Shown here one piece after another: positions 12,730 to 22,445 of a stretch of DNA of 64,000 nucleotides. Position numbers and translations under genes: made by a program. The stretch is from Setoptus koraiensis (lineage: Eukaryota > Animalia > Arthropoda): positions 11,532,001 through 11,596,000 of the forward strand of contig CM106586.1 in NCBI GenBank assembly GCA_048013815.1. The letters run 5' to 3'. Position 1 is the stretch's first letter; each line of letters opens with the position of its first letter. The notes below the pieces were generated by a model. The model was given only the letters and a program-made list of their open reading frames with translations, was not told the DNA's origin and searched no databases.

Positions 12730-13335
12730 TTAACTACCGCGGTAATATATCGGTTTGTATTTGCATTGGAGGTCGGAATCAATGTCGTTGAATTGATCAA
12801 CCATTTCAAAGCTCTTTGGCTCCGACTCAGTAAACACCTCGTTTTTGAGCAATTCTCTCGGAAGTATTGTCAAGTGAGCACCTCGACAGTATTGGACAGT
12901 TTTGAGCCAGCGTCTGACTACCTGGCTACTCTTCAATTTGTTGTCTGTAACATGGTAATTGTCTCCGGCCGTGAAACCACGGCTAGCCAGCAACTCCATA
13001 GGAAAGATTGAGCTTTGAGCGTAACTTTCAATCAACTTGCAAGATCGCTTTAGACTCAGAAAAATTTCAATCTCTTCTTCGGTATCCAGAGGAATGGGGC
13101 TGCTCCAGCAGTCACCCTCCAACTTAGTTGTTGGAATGAGGTTCTCTGGTAGATCAACTTTCGATGGGTCGAAACATCGATTGACCGTTAAACGAACACT
13201 TTGATCGTTTTCCACGACGTCCAAGCTTTGTATAACAGCTTCGTCTGATTGTTCTGCTTGCTCTAGTTTTGTTTCTAGGTTTCTTTTGCAGATTAAAATA
13301 ACCTGGCCGAGTATCTTTGAAATCAGTCCGTGCAA
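12730..13335 (-). CDS. Unknown protein or decayed gene; 201-aa open segment without a clear ATG
   Basis: Protein-like composition (coiled-coil segment, PIPLDTEEEIEIF). An in-frame TAG or acceptor lies just upstream, and stop-interrupted protein-like frames continue down to about 12170. Confidence 0.4.
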   Translation of the reverse strand: MHGLISKILGQVILICKRNLETKLEQAEQSDEAVIQSLDVVENDQSVRLTVNRCFDPSKVDLPENLIPTTKLEGDCWSSPIPLDTEEEIEIFLSLKRSCKLIESYAQSSIFPMELLASRGFTAGDNYHVTDNKLKSSQVVRRWLKTVQYCRGAHLTILPRELLKNEVFTESEPKSFEMVDQFNDIDSDLQCKYKPIYYRGS

Positions 13336-13501
13336 TTCATGGTCCTTCTTTGTTCTGTCAGAAATGGGCTACAGTTCCAAGCCAAGTTTGTAACAGCATC
13401 TCAGATTGATATTTGTTTGAGACATGCCAGCTCTTTTAGACGATACCCAATGACTGTGTACATGATTGATTTTCAGCGCTTAATTTTAATTATTAGCGCT
13501 T

Positions 13502-13505
<4 letters not shown>

Positions 13506-13576
<71 letters not shown>

Positions 13577-13626
13577 AGCGCAAATAAACTGAATCAAATA
13601 CAACTTTCAGACTCGTTTACTATTTG

Positions 13627-13667
<41 letters not shown>

Positions 13668-13672
13668 TCTCT
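13506..13672. repeat. Two (CT)n microsatellites (13506-13575 and 13627-13672)
   Basis: Long CT runs. The counterparts in copy 2 (about 18309-18334 and 18387-18399) are much shorter. Confidence 0.9.
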
Positions 13673-13811
13673 GTCCCTGTTGCTCAGCATAGTATTTAAT
13701 TACCACCAGCAGTCAGTGGTGATTGCAAAAATTTATTCAGCGAATCACTGTTGTGTGGCACTCGGAGATTGGCTAGATCACAATAGTTCATAGTTTTTGA
13801 AAAACGGCGCA

Positions 13812-14723
13812 ATGCTCTTGAAGTCGTTGTTACCGATCGCTGTGGTGGGTTTTCTGGCGACTGACTATGTCTACGTGTACGCCAATTTCCACGAACCGGG
13901 AGAAATATCCGGCCATCGTAACGGATATTCACGAGGAGGCAGAAAACGGCCAAATGGGCAACCAAGACAACAAATTGAATGCGGTGTAAATAAATTTGGT
14001 AGAACCAGAATAACGAATGGCCAACCAGCAGAGCCCGACTTCTATCCGTGGATGGCACGCCTTCCCGATCCCGGTTGTGGAGGATCCATTGTGAATGAAT
14101 ATTTTATTCTGACAGCGGCACATTGTGTTACTGGGGATAGGCCCAAAAGAGTGATTGTTGGTGACAATGATCAGTCACAAGTCGACCCAACTGAAAGAAG
14201 TTACGAGATAGATTGGACAATCCCGCATCCTTCTTACTCGAAACATGAAAATGATATTGCCCTGGTGAAATTAACTGAACCAATCGAATGGAGCGATTCG
14301 ATCCGGCCAATCTGTTTGCCGACAAGAGACACGAATCTTGAGCCAGGAGCAAATCTGACAATCATAGGTTTTGGCGAATTACGGTCTCCGGACAAGCCTA
14401 CGTATCCAGATGTGCTGCAAGTTGCCCACGTTCCTCTTGTTTCCGAAGAAGAATGCGCCCATGCTTGGAATTATGAAGGCGAGGTAAGGTACTTTGCAGA
14501 AGAAATGATCTGCCTCGGCGAACATGATGAAAATGGCATGCTGAAGTCTTCCGCCTGCTATGGCGACTCAGGTGGACCGGCCATGATACCGCTAAATAAT
14601 CGCTGGGCACAAATTGGCATAGCTAGTTTTACACGAAAAGGATGTAAACTAAAATACTCCGTTTACACAAGATTGACCCATTATCTCGATTGGATTGAAA
14701 GTATCATTAATGCGCATGGGTAA
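13812..14723 (+). CDS. Secreted S1A serine protease, intronless (copy A)
   Basis: ATG 13812 with signal peptide; activation site GRTR/ITNG; catalytic triad TAAHC, NDIAL, GDSGGP; PICLP. Confidence 0.93.
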   Translation: MLLKSLLPIAVVGFLATDYVYVYANFHEPGEISGHRNGYSRGGRKRPNGQPRQQIECGVNKFGRTRITNGQPAEPDFYPWMARLPDPGCGGSIVNEYFILTAAHCVTGDRPKRVIVGDNDQSQVDPTERSYEIDWTIPHPSYSKHENDIALVKLTEPIEWSDSIRPICLPTRDTNLEPGANLTIIGFGELRSPDKPTYPDVLQVAHVPLVSEEECAHAWNYEGEVRYFAEEMICLGEHDENGMLKSSACYGDSGGPAMIPLNNRWAQIGIASFTRKGCKLKYSVYTRLTHYLDWIESIINAHG

Positions 14724-15070
14724 GAAGCGGGGCAAAAGTAGGAGGAGACAACCAAGTAGATGAAAACGACAAAATACAGGAAGTCAGCCGGGTGCGGAGC
14801 TGACATGAAGAATAAATTCTAGTCGACAGCGATAACGGAACGTGCGTGTTACTTTGTCCGTGTTGAGATTGCGTGTTTTCTTCGTTCTTGTGTGTATTGG
14901 GGTTCTTCTTTTGTTTCTGGAGTTTAACTGTGCGAGTTCATCAGGAAATCAAGCCTGAACAATATTCGAAATATTATTACCTGAGCATATTTGGGATGTT
15001 TTCAATGCCAAACGATCAAATGTCGACTGTGAATTTTGCATGTTCGAGGTGAGAGCGACGTTTGTCTTGC

Positions 15071-15131
15071 GTAACAAAAAGGAGGTTTGGAGCAAGACTT
15101 GGTTGACTTGCTCCAAACCTTCTTATGTTAT
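15071..15131 (+). other. ~60-nt hairpin (duplicate at 19819-19879)
   Basis: aggtttggagcaag (15083-15096) pairs perfectly with cttgctccaaacct (15107-15120). The stem extends through a G-U pair and a bulge to about 24 bp. Confidence 0.7.
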
Positions 15132-15471
15132 AGCAGTGCTGATTATGACGAGTCCACAAGGCTTATTTCAGATGTTTTAGCGATGAGTGCCCTGGTTAGA
15201 TTTTGGTGAAACTCCAGTGGTTCGCAAGTGCGGAAAAGTCCGGTTCCGGTTTTACAAAAAGCTGCCGTCGATGAGGCTCGAGCAACAAAAATCAAGCAAC
15301 TCAAAGAATTACACTTCTTGGAGATGATGTTGCTCCACAAAGAGTTTATTGTGTTGATTGTAAGAATGTTGATTGAAATATGCTACATAGATTAAATTTA
15401 TTTCTATCTTTTTATTGTGACACATTGCGATCAGAATGTCCGACGCAGTCGAGTTAATGATGACGGCGACC

Positions 15472-15799
15472 TCAGCCGGAGATGGTTTTTGTAATCCAAT
15501 CTCGGTAATATATCAAGTCACTGGATACTGTGGCCCATGCTTTTCTTTTGATATTGACACACTTCTTTGGACCGAACGACACCGTTCCGAATAGATACCA
15601 GCGATCATCTTTGGGATCTAAACAAGCCATAGGTCCCCCTGAGTCGCCCTGGATTTCGGTGCAGCAGTCGAAGTTTAAATTGATAACAATTTGTTCTTAA
15701 AATACAGTATGTAGTTCTCAAATGAAATTCCTTGTAAAACGTAAACAAAAATCTCAAACCTACCATACATACTGCTCCCATGACCCTTGTACCTGGTCC
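15472..15799 (-). pseudogene. Orphan 3' exons of the minus-strand protease carried in duplication copy 1
   Basis: Last exon 15472-15648 (GDSGGPMACL...WITKTISG*) and the last 36 nt of the preceding exon (15764-15799), offset exactly 4748 bp from the intact gene. Everything upstream is absent. Confidence 0.88.
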
Positions 15800-16007
15800 G
15801 GACTTCTATCCCGGTTGTGGAGGATCCATTTTGAATGAATATTTATTCTGACAGCGGCACATTGTATTGACAGAAACACCGACCGAGTAATTCTTGGTGG
15901 CCATAGTCAAGACAAATTCGACCCAACTGAAAGAATTTACCCAGTAAAGGAGATATTCGTGCATCCTCCTTATGAAGGGAATACGAATAAGAATGATATT
16001 GCCCTGG
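15798..16007 (+). pseudogene. Fragment of a third intronless protease variant
   Basis: PDFY..CGGSILNEY..TAAHCIDRNTDRVILG..NDIAL. Carries a 24-nt deletion between ATCC repeats and a 1-nt frameshift (gaatatttattc versus gaatattttattc). Confidence 0.88.
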
Positions 16008-17334
16008 GAAGTCTACACTGGTAGACTGTTTAGTTGGCAAGAAACGACGCGGATTGAGCGGCAAGACCGAGGTTATTTTTCACGATGGCGTCAAGCGCGA
16101 TCTCAAGATAGTGATAATACCCCAAGTGGATCATTTAATGAACACGCTCACTGTCACAGAGTCGTTGATGTTTGCGTCAAAATTAAAAAATTCCCACAAG
16201 CACGATTTTGATCATTTCAAAAATGTTCAACGCGTTATAGAGCAACTAAATCTGACTGTTTGCTCCAAGCAATATTGCAGCAAATTAAGCGGTGGCCAGT
16301 ATAAAAGAGTAAGCATCGGACAGGAGCTTCTATCAAATCCTGACATTATGATTTTAGATGAGCCCACTTCCGGTTTGGACGCCGTCACCTGTTATAATAC
16401 TGTCATGGCGTTGAGAGATTTGATTAAATCTAATCCACAACCGATGGAAAATTTGGGATACATGTTCTTTCAGATTTATGTTATAGTATTCGCGGCCGTT
16501 TGTGTAACATCGCTCACGTTTCCATTGGCCGTTCATGTGCTATTGAAAGAATACAGAAATGGCTGGTACAATTTGTCGTCGTATTTCGTTGGTCGAACAT
16601 TGGCCGATTTGCCAATGCCAACATTCAATGTTGTGCTAGCGATGGCAATATCATATCATTTAACCGGCCAGGCTGAATCTTATTACAATTGGCGATTCTT
16701 TTCCGTTGCAATTCTAGTGGTGCTGGCCACACTGATCGCCCAGACTCAGGGCCTCATGTTTGGAGCCTACCTAATGAATGCAGTTCAATCGGCAGTGTTT
16801 GTGGCACCGGCCTCAACTGCACCTCTGGTTGTTGTGAGCGGATTCTTGCTGCGAACCAATAGTTTGCCCTTCATATTGCAAGTGTTTGGCAAATTGTCTT
16901 ATTTCACTTATGTGCTCAATGGGTTCATTGTGAGCCGTTACGGATTTGGCAGATGCCAGTGCGAGGATGAGATGTTTGGGGTGCAACAGGATCACGTATT
17001 GCCGCAAAATTCCAAGGCCATCATCAGTATCTGGTTGGACACATTCAAACAGGACTATGCGCAACAACAAAATAACTCCACGGCGCTTGTCGCGCCAACG
17101 AATGAAACCGATTCCATGGATCTGGTGGACAAATTGAGCAGATCACTGGAACAGGCGAGAAATTTCGGATTTAACATAACTTCTTGCGATCAATTGAAAC
17201 CCTTCCCAATGTTGGATTACGAGCTCAACGACTCAGATTTGACGCTATGCTTCGTTGCGTTAATCGTTATGCTACTAGTTTTCAGGGTGCTCGCTTTTAT
17301 GTCGCTGTCGTGGATGATACGTATTTCGGTGTAG
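16006..17334 (+). pseudogene. ABCG half-transporter fragment, 5'-truncated with a large in-frame internal deletion
   Basis: Begins at GKST (end of Walker A), then LSGGQ and ILDEPTSGLD. It jumps from SNPQPM directly to ENLGYMFF, so the H-loop (IHQP) and first TM helix are absent relative to the ABCG at 54646-56895. AATAAA at 17392. Confidence 0.85.
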
Positions 17335-17427
17335 TAGCGTCGCTTGTTATTATACAACATTGTTACAATCACATGCTAGTTTCTTCATTGAAATAAATTG
17401 CACAATTGCCACAAATCGAAGAGCTTC

Positions 17428-17841
17428 TCATTGATCTATTCGCCTAACGCTGCGGGGCACGTAGGCCAAAGTGAGGGATTTACAAATGCTGAACTTTCCT
17501 CTTATCGGGTGCATTTCGCCCAAAATTGAGCAGAGAAGCGAACTTTTATTGCTTGCGATCTGCCTGACAATGGCGACAAAAGATCCCTCGGGTATGCGAA
17601 AGTTGATATCTTTCAATATTGGCTGCAGGCCTATTTCTTTGTCCACTACGCGATCCGTCCAAGAAGTGCTGGCATTCTCTATTTGGATTGCATAATTACT
17701 TTCTTCGCGGCTGACATACGTCACCAATTCTTTGTTGTTGAGAAACTTGCTCAGGCGATTAACCGATACTGATGCCGTAATGAGATTGGTTATTGTCTCG
17801 GGCAAGTTCGTCAGTGGCAGCCTCAGCAAATTAAACAACAA
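17428..17841 (-). pseudogene. ABCC/MRP-family fragment (end of TMD1 to start of NBD1)
   Basis: LFNLLRLPL..SVSVNRLSKFL..ILKDINFRIPEGSFVAIV..KSSLLCSILGEM..AYVP is MRP-like. Walker A is degraded to RQIASNKS. No flanking ABCC sequence. Confidence 0.85.
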
Positions 17842-17859
17842 TATTGAGACTTGGTGTCC

Positions 17860-18080
17860 CCTTAGTCAGTGGACTAAGGCGGGGAGATCGTAGGTCGGGG
17901 AGGTTCTATCGATTTTCTACTCCCCTGTTCTCCCTCACTCTCCCAAATCTCCAGAAAACTAAAGAAAAAGAAAAATTTCAGCTGACGAGAAAAAAAGTGT
18001 GACCAATATCGTGACAAATATCGTGACATTTCTCGTTATTAAAGTTTAAAAGATCTACGATCGTAACCTCCCTACGATCT
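17860..18080. mobile_element. Short non-autonomous element with sub-terminal inverted repeats and terminal stem-loop (Helentron/DINE-like or MITE)
   Basis: Hairpin ccttagtc-agtg-gactaagg (17860-17879); agatcgtagg..gaggtt (17885-17905) inverted relative to aacctccctacgatct (18065-18080); 12-bp tandem repeat gtgacc/aaatatc (about 17999-18027); palindrome tacgatcgta (18056-18065). Confidence 0.45.
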
Positions 18081-18160
18081 AACAAAGGCCTTCTCAGAGG
18101 TTAGCACATGGCCAGACTCACCACCACTGAACACATCTAATGCAAACGAGCCAATCGCGA

Positions 18161-20547
18161 TCAGAAATGGGCTACAGTTCCAAGCCAAGTTTGTAACAGC
18201 ATCTCAGATTGATATTTGTTTGAGACATGCCAGCTCTTTTAGACGATACCCAATGACTGTGTACATGATTGATTTTCAGCGCTTAATTTTAATTATTAGC
18301 ACTTAAAATCTCTCTCTCTCTCTCTCTCTCTCTCGAGCGCAAATAAACTGAATCAAATACAACTTTCAGACTCGTTTACTATTTGCTCTCTCTCTCTCTG
18401 TCCCTGTTGCTCAGCATAGTATTTAATTACCACCAACAGTCAGTGGTGATTGCAAAAATTTATTCTGCGAATCACTGTTGTGTGGCACTCGAAGACTGGC
18501 TAGATCACAATAGTTCATAGTTTTTGAAAAACGTCGCAATGCTCTTGAAGTCGTTGTTACCGCTCGCTGTGGTGGGTTTTCTGGCGACTGACTATGTCTA
18601 CGTGTACGCCAATTTCCACGAACCGGGAGAAATATCCGGCCATCGTAACGGATATTCACGAGGAGGCAGAAAACGGCCCAATGGGCAACCAAGACAACAA
18701 ATTGAATGCGGTGTAAATAAATTTGGTAGAACCAGAATAACGAATGGCCAACCAGCAGAGCCGGACTTCTATCCGTGGATGGCACGCCTTCCCGACTGTG
18801 GAGGATCCATTTTGAATGAATATTTTATTCTGACAGCGGCACATTGTATTGATGAAGAGACCGACCGAGTAATTCTTGGTGACCATAGTCGAGACAAATA
18901 CGACCCAACTGAAAGAATTTACGAGGTAGAGGAGAAATTCGTGCATCCTCTTTATCATGACCTTCCTACTAGAAATGATATTGCCCTGGTGAAATTAACC
19001 AAACCAATTGAATGGACTGATTCGATCAGGCCAATCTGTTTGCCGACTAGAGACATCAATCTTGAGCCAGGAGCAAATCTGACTATCATAGGTTTTGGCG
19101 CAATAGAAACCACTGGCACCTCTTCGGACATGGATACGCTTCCAGATGTGCTGCAAGTTGCCGATGTTCCTCTTGTTTCCGTAGAAGAATGCGCCCATGC
19201 TTGGAATCCCTTTCCTGAAAGTGACATTTTACAAAGGTACTTTGCAGAAGAAATGATCTGCCTCGGCGAACATGATGAAAATGGCATGATGAAGTCTTCC
19301 GCTTGCTATGGCGACTCAGGTGGACCGGCCATGATACCGCTAAATCATCGCTGGGCACAAATTGGCATAGCTAGTTTTACAGGAATAGGATGTAAACTAA
19401 AATACACCGTTTACACAAGATTGACCCATTATCTCGATTGGATTGAAAGTATCATTAATTCGCATGGGTAAGAAGCGAGGCACAAGTAAGAGGAGACAAC
19501 CAAGTAGATGAAACCGACAAAGTACAGGAAGTCAGCCGGATGCGGAGCGGACATGAAGAATAAATTCTAGTCGACAGCGATAACGGGACGTGCGTGTTAC
19601 TTTGTCCGTGTTGAGATTGCGTGTTTTCTTCGTTCTTGTGTGTATTGGGGTTCTTCTTTTGTTTCTGGAGTTTAACTGTGCGAGTTCATCAGGAAATCAA
19701 GCCTGAACAATATTCGAAATATTATTACCTGAACATATTTGGGATGTTTTCAATGCCAAACGATCAAATGTCGACTGTGAATTTTGCATGTTCGAGGTGA
19801 GAGCGACGTTTGTCTTGCGTAACAAAAAGGAGGTTTGGAGCAAGACTTGGTTGACTTGCTCCAAACCTTCTTATGTTATAGCAGTGCTGATTATGACGAG
19901 TCCACGAGGCTTATTTCAGATGTTTTAGCGATGAGTGCTCTGGTTAGATTTTGGTGAAACTCCAGTGGTTCGCAAGTGCGGAAAAGTCCGGTTCCGGTTT
20001 TACAAAAAGCTGCCGTCGATGAGGCTCGAGCAACAAAAATCAAGCAACTCAAAGAATTACACTTCTTGGAGCTGATGTTGCTCCACAAAGAGTTTATTGT
20101 GTTGATTGTAAGAATGTTGATTGAAATATGCTACATAGATTAAAATTATTTCTATCTTTTTATTGTGACACATTGCGATCAGAATGTCCGACGCAGTCGA
20201 GTTAATGATGACGGCGACCTCAGCCGGAGATGGTTTTTGTGATCCAATCTCGGTAATATATCAAGTCACTGGATACTGTGGCCCATGCTTTTCTTTTGAT
20301 ATTGACACACTTCTTTGGACCGAACGACACCGTTCCGAATAGATACCAGCGATCATCTTTGGGATCTAAACAAGCCATAGGTCCCCCTGAGTCGCCCTGG
20401 ATTTCGGTGCAGCAGTAGAAGTTTAAATTGATAACAATTTGTTCTCAAAATACAGTATGTAGTTCTCAAATGAAATTCCTTGTAAAACGTAAACAAAAAT
20501 CTCAAACCTACCATACATACTGCTCCCATGACCCTTGTACCTGGTCC
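18161..20547 (+). repeat. Direct segmental duplication, copy 2 (~2.39 kb)
   Basis: Collinear with 13358-15799. Its right end continues into the intact minus-strand protease gene. Confidence 0.95.
18539..19471 (+). CDS. Secreted S1A serine protease, intronless (copy B)
   Basis: Same signal peptide and propeptide as copy A; triad TAAHC, NDIAL, GDSGGP. Confidence 0.93.
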   Translation: MLLKSLLPLAVVGFLATDYVYVYANFHEPGEISGHRNGYSRGGRKRPNGQPRQQIECGVNKFGRTRITNGQPAEPDFYPWMARLPDCGGSILNEYFILTAAHCIDEETDRVILGDHSRDKYDPTERIYEVEEKFVHPLYHDLPTRNDIALVKLTKPIEWTDSIRPICLPTRDINLEPGANLTIIGFGAIETTGTSSDMDTLPDVLQVADVPLVSVEECAHAWNPFPESDILQRYFAEEMICLGEHDENGMMKSSACYGDSGGPAMIPLNHRWAQIGIASFTGIGCKLKYTVYTRLTHYLDWIESIINSHG

Positions 20548-22445
20548 ACTATAAGGTGTTATGCAAATGTTTCCATGGTCATTCAAACGAACGCTTGCGT
20601 CTTCACCTTTGTTGCAAACATCTGGCTCGGAGACAACTACTCTCAGTTCTTTTAATTGTTTCGAAGTTTTATCATGCTCGGCTGGAATGATTGAAGAATT
20701 TTAAATTGTCTGTAGTTATTAGAGACTCGAAAAGATCATTCAAAATTGTCATCATTTTTATCTATATTCAACTCATTTATAATTTGCTTATGATGATACT
20801 TACTTCTGCCTGGAATTTTATTTTTCATTGATCATATCGAAATTGAATTGGTTTGAAAGATTACATATTCGACATCGAGTACAAAAAAAAAAATAGTATT
20901 TGTTGATTTTGTACGTGCAATCTATTGATTGATACCAATAGTGGTGAAACTATGACTTACCCCAACCGGTTTGGTAGCAAACTTTGTCTTTTGTATGGGA
21001 GTAAGCATCAATATCAGCGTTCGGCAAACATATTGGGTGAATTTCATCAGTGAATGGTACCTTCCGGTCGAGCTTGATTAATGCTAAATCATCACTCAAT
21101 TGTTCGTATGAAAACTTAGGATGCACAACATATTTGGTTGCGTTGTAAACTTTGTCGGGTCCATATTTTTTTGTGAAATCCAGAACACCCAAATAGGAGA
21201 TCACGCCACGCCTGAATGGTCAGACATATCGCACAATTACTATCATTGAGCTCTATAAATGAGATCTCCTATATGTTATGGATGGAGAAAGCTAGTAAAA
21301 CTCACTTGTGAGGCTTCGCCTGAAAGCAATGAGCAGCGGTTATTACCCAGCGGTCATTGAGTAGTGCCCCATTACATAGGAGACTTGAACCTGTTTCTGT
21401 CCTGATTGAAATCTTAGTCTAACATATTACAGGGCGAATAAAAAAGGGACGAAGTTTCCTTTGAGCATATGATCTTTCCAATTTCTTGTTCGTTTTGTGC
21501 CAATGTAACAAGGCGAGGTCAATTTGCCCAAATGTAAGTTATTATATAGAACATTTTTGATCATTCATAGCCTACTAGTGCATCAGAATTTCAACTTGTT
21601 ATTTGATCACACATCGAACGACCGAAATAGGCCAACCATCAGAGAGGTTCGAGATTCGAATTATCATAAAAAGAATTTTCACACCCTACGGAACGCATAC
21701 AATGTAGAAATTTTATGACGCGCAAATTTTTCTGTGCATTTGTATCGCCGTTTCCTAGCTGTTTTACGTGAAGCATGCATGCAAATGAAGTTTCGCAAAT
21801 GATCAAGAATGTCCACTATAATATTTACATCTGGTTAGTTATTTACTCACTGCCCAGGGCCAATAACTAAATAATTAAAGAGAAAATAATAATAGAGAAG
21901 AAAAAATGAAAGACGAGATATTTTAATGACACCAAGTTGTTTGATCAGCATCTTTTTATCCACAGTGGGTCCGTATCGTTTGCTCGAAAGTCTGTTGCTC
22001 GACATGGCAGTGTTTAATTATGGTGATCCATCTATTGAGCGTCACAGTTAGATATTACTTACTGTTTAGAATATAAGCCGAAGACTATTCTAGAATGTTT
22101 GTCTTGAGGATTAGATATCTTCCTGATCCCACAATGTTTATCATTGCTATACATTGAGTTCTTTGGTTTTCCATCGGATTCCACTGTAACATTTTCTTTG
22201 AAGATATTATCTAAATCCCCCAGACTAATTGGTGATCTACTGATATCTTTAAAGATCTTATTTTCCACCTTAGCAATCAAATCGGCCTTGTCTTGGGCCT
22301 CTGTTCTGACAGTAAAGAGGTGAAGCAGTAAGAGGAGCGATCCCAGCAAACATGTCCGAAGATGTGCCCAATTGTGTATCAATTTAATTTTTCCGAAATG
22401 ACGCATTTTCACAATTGTTCTGGCAAGAAAACACGCCTCGGACAT
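20220..22445 (-). CDS. Secreted S1A serine protease, 7 exons: 22445(or 22406)-22063, 21866-21851, 21418-21306, 21211-20961, 20809-20804, 20681-20512, 20396-20220
   Basis: The spliced product reads HSR/IVFG..HYWPWATKI..LCNGALLNDRWVITAAHC..DDLALIKL..PICLP..TGWGRTEH..GAVCMGDSGGP..WITKTISG*. All junctions are GT-AG and in phase. Confidence 0.9.

Larger units (their letters stand above)
13358..15799 (+). repeat. Direct segmental duplication, copy 1 (~2.44 kb)
   Basis: Collinear with 18161-20547. Shared sequence starts at tcagaaatgggctac and ends at gtacctggtcc. Confidence 0.95.
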
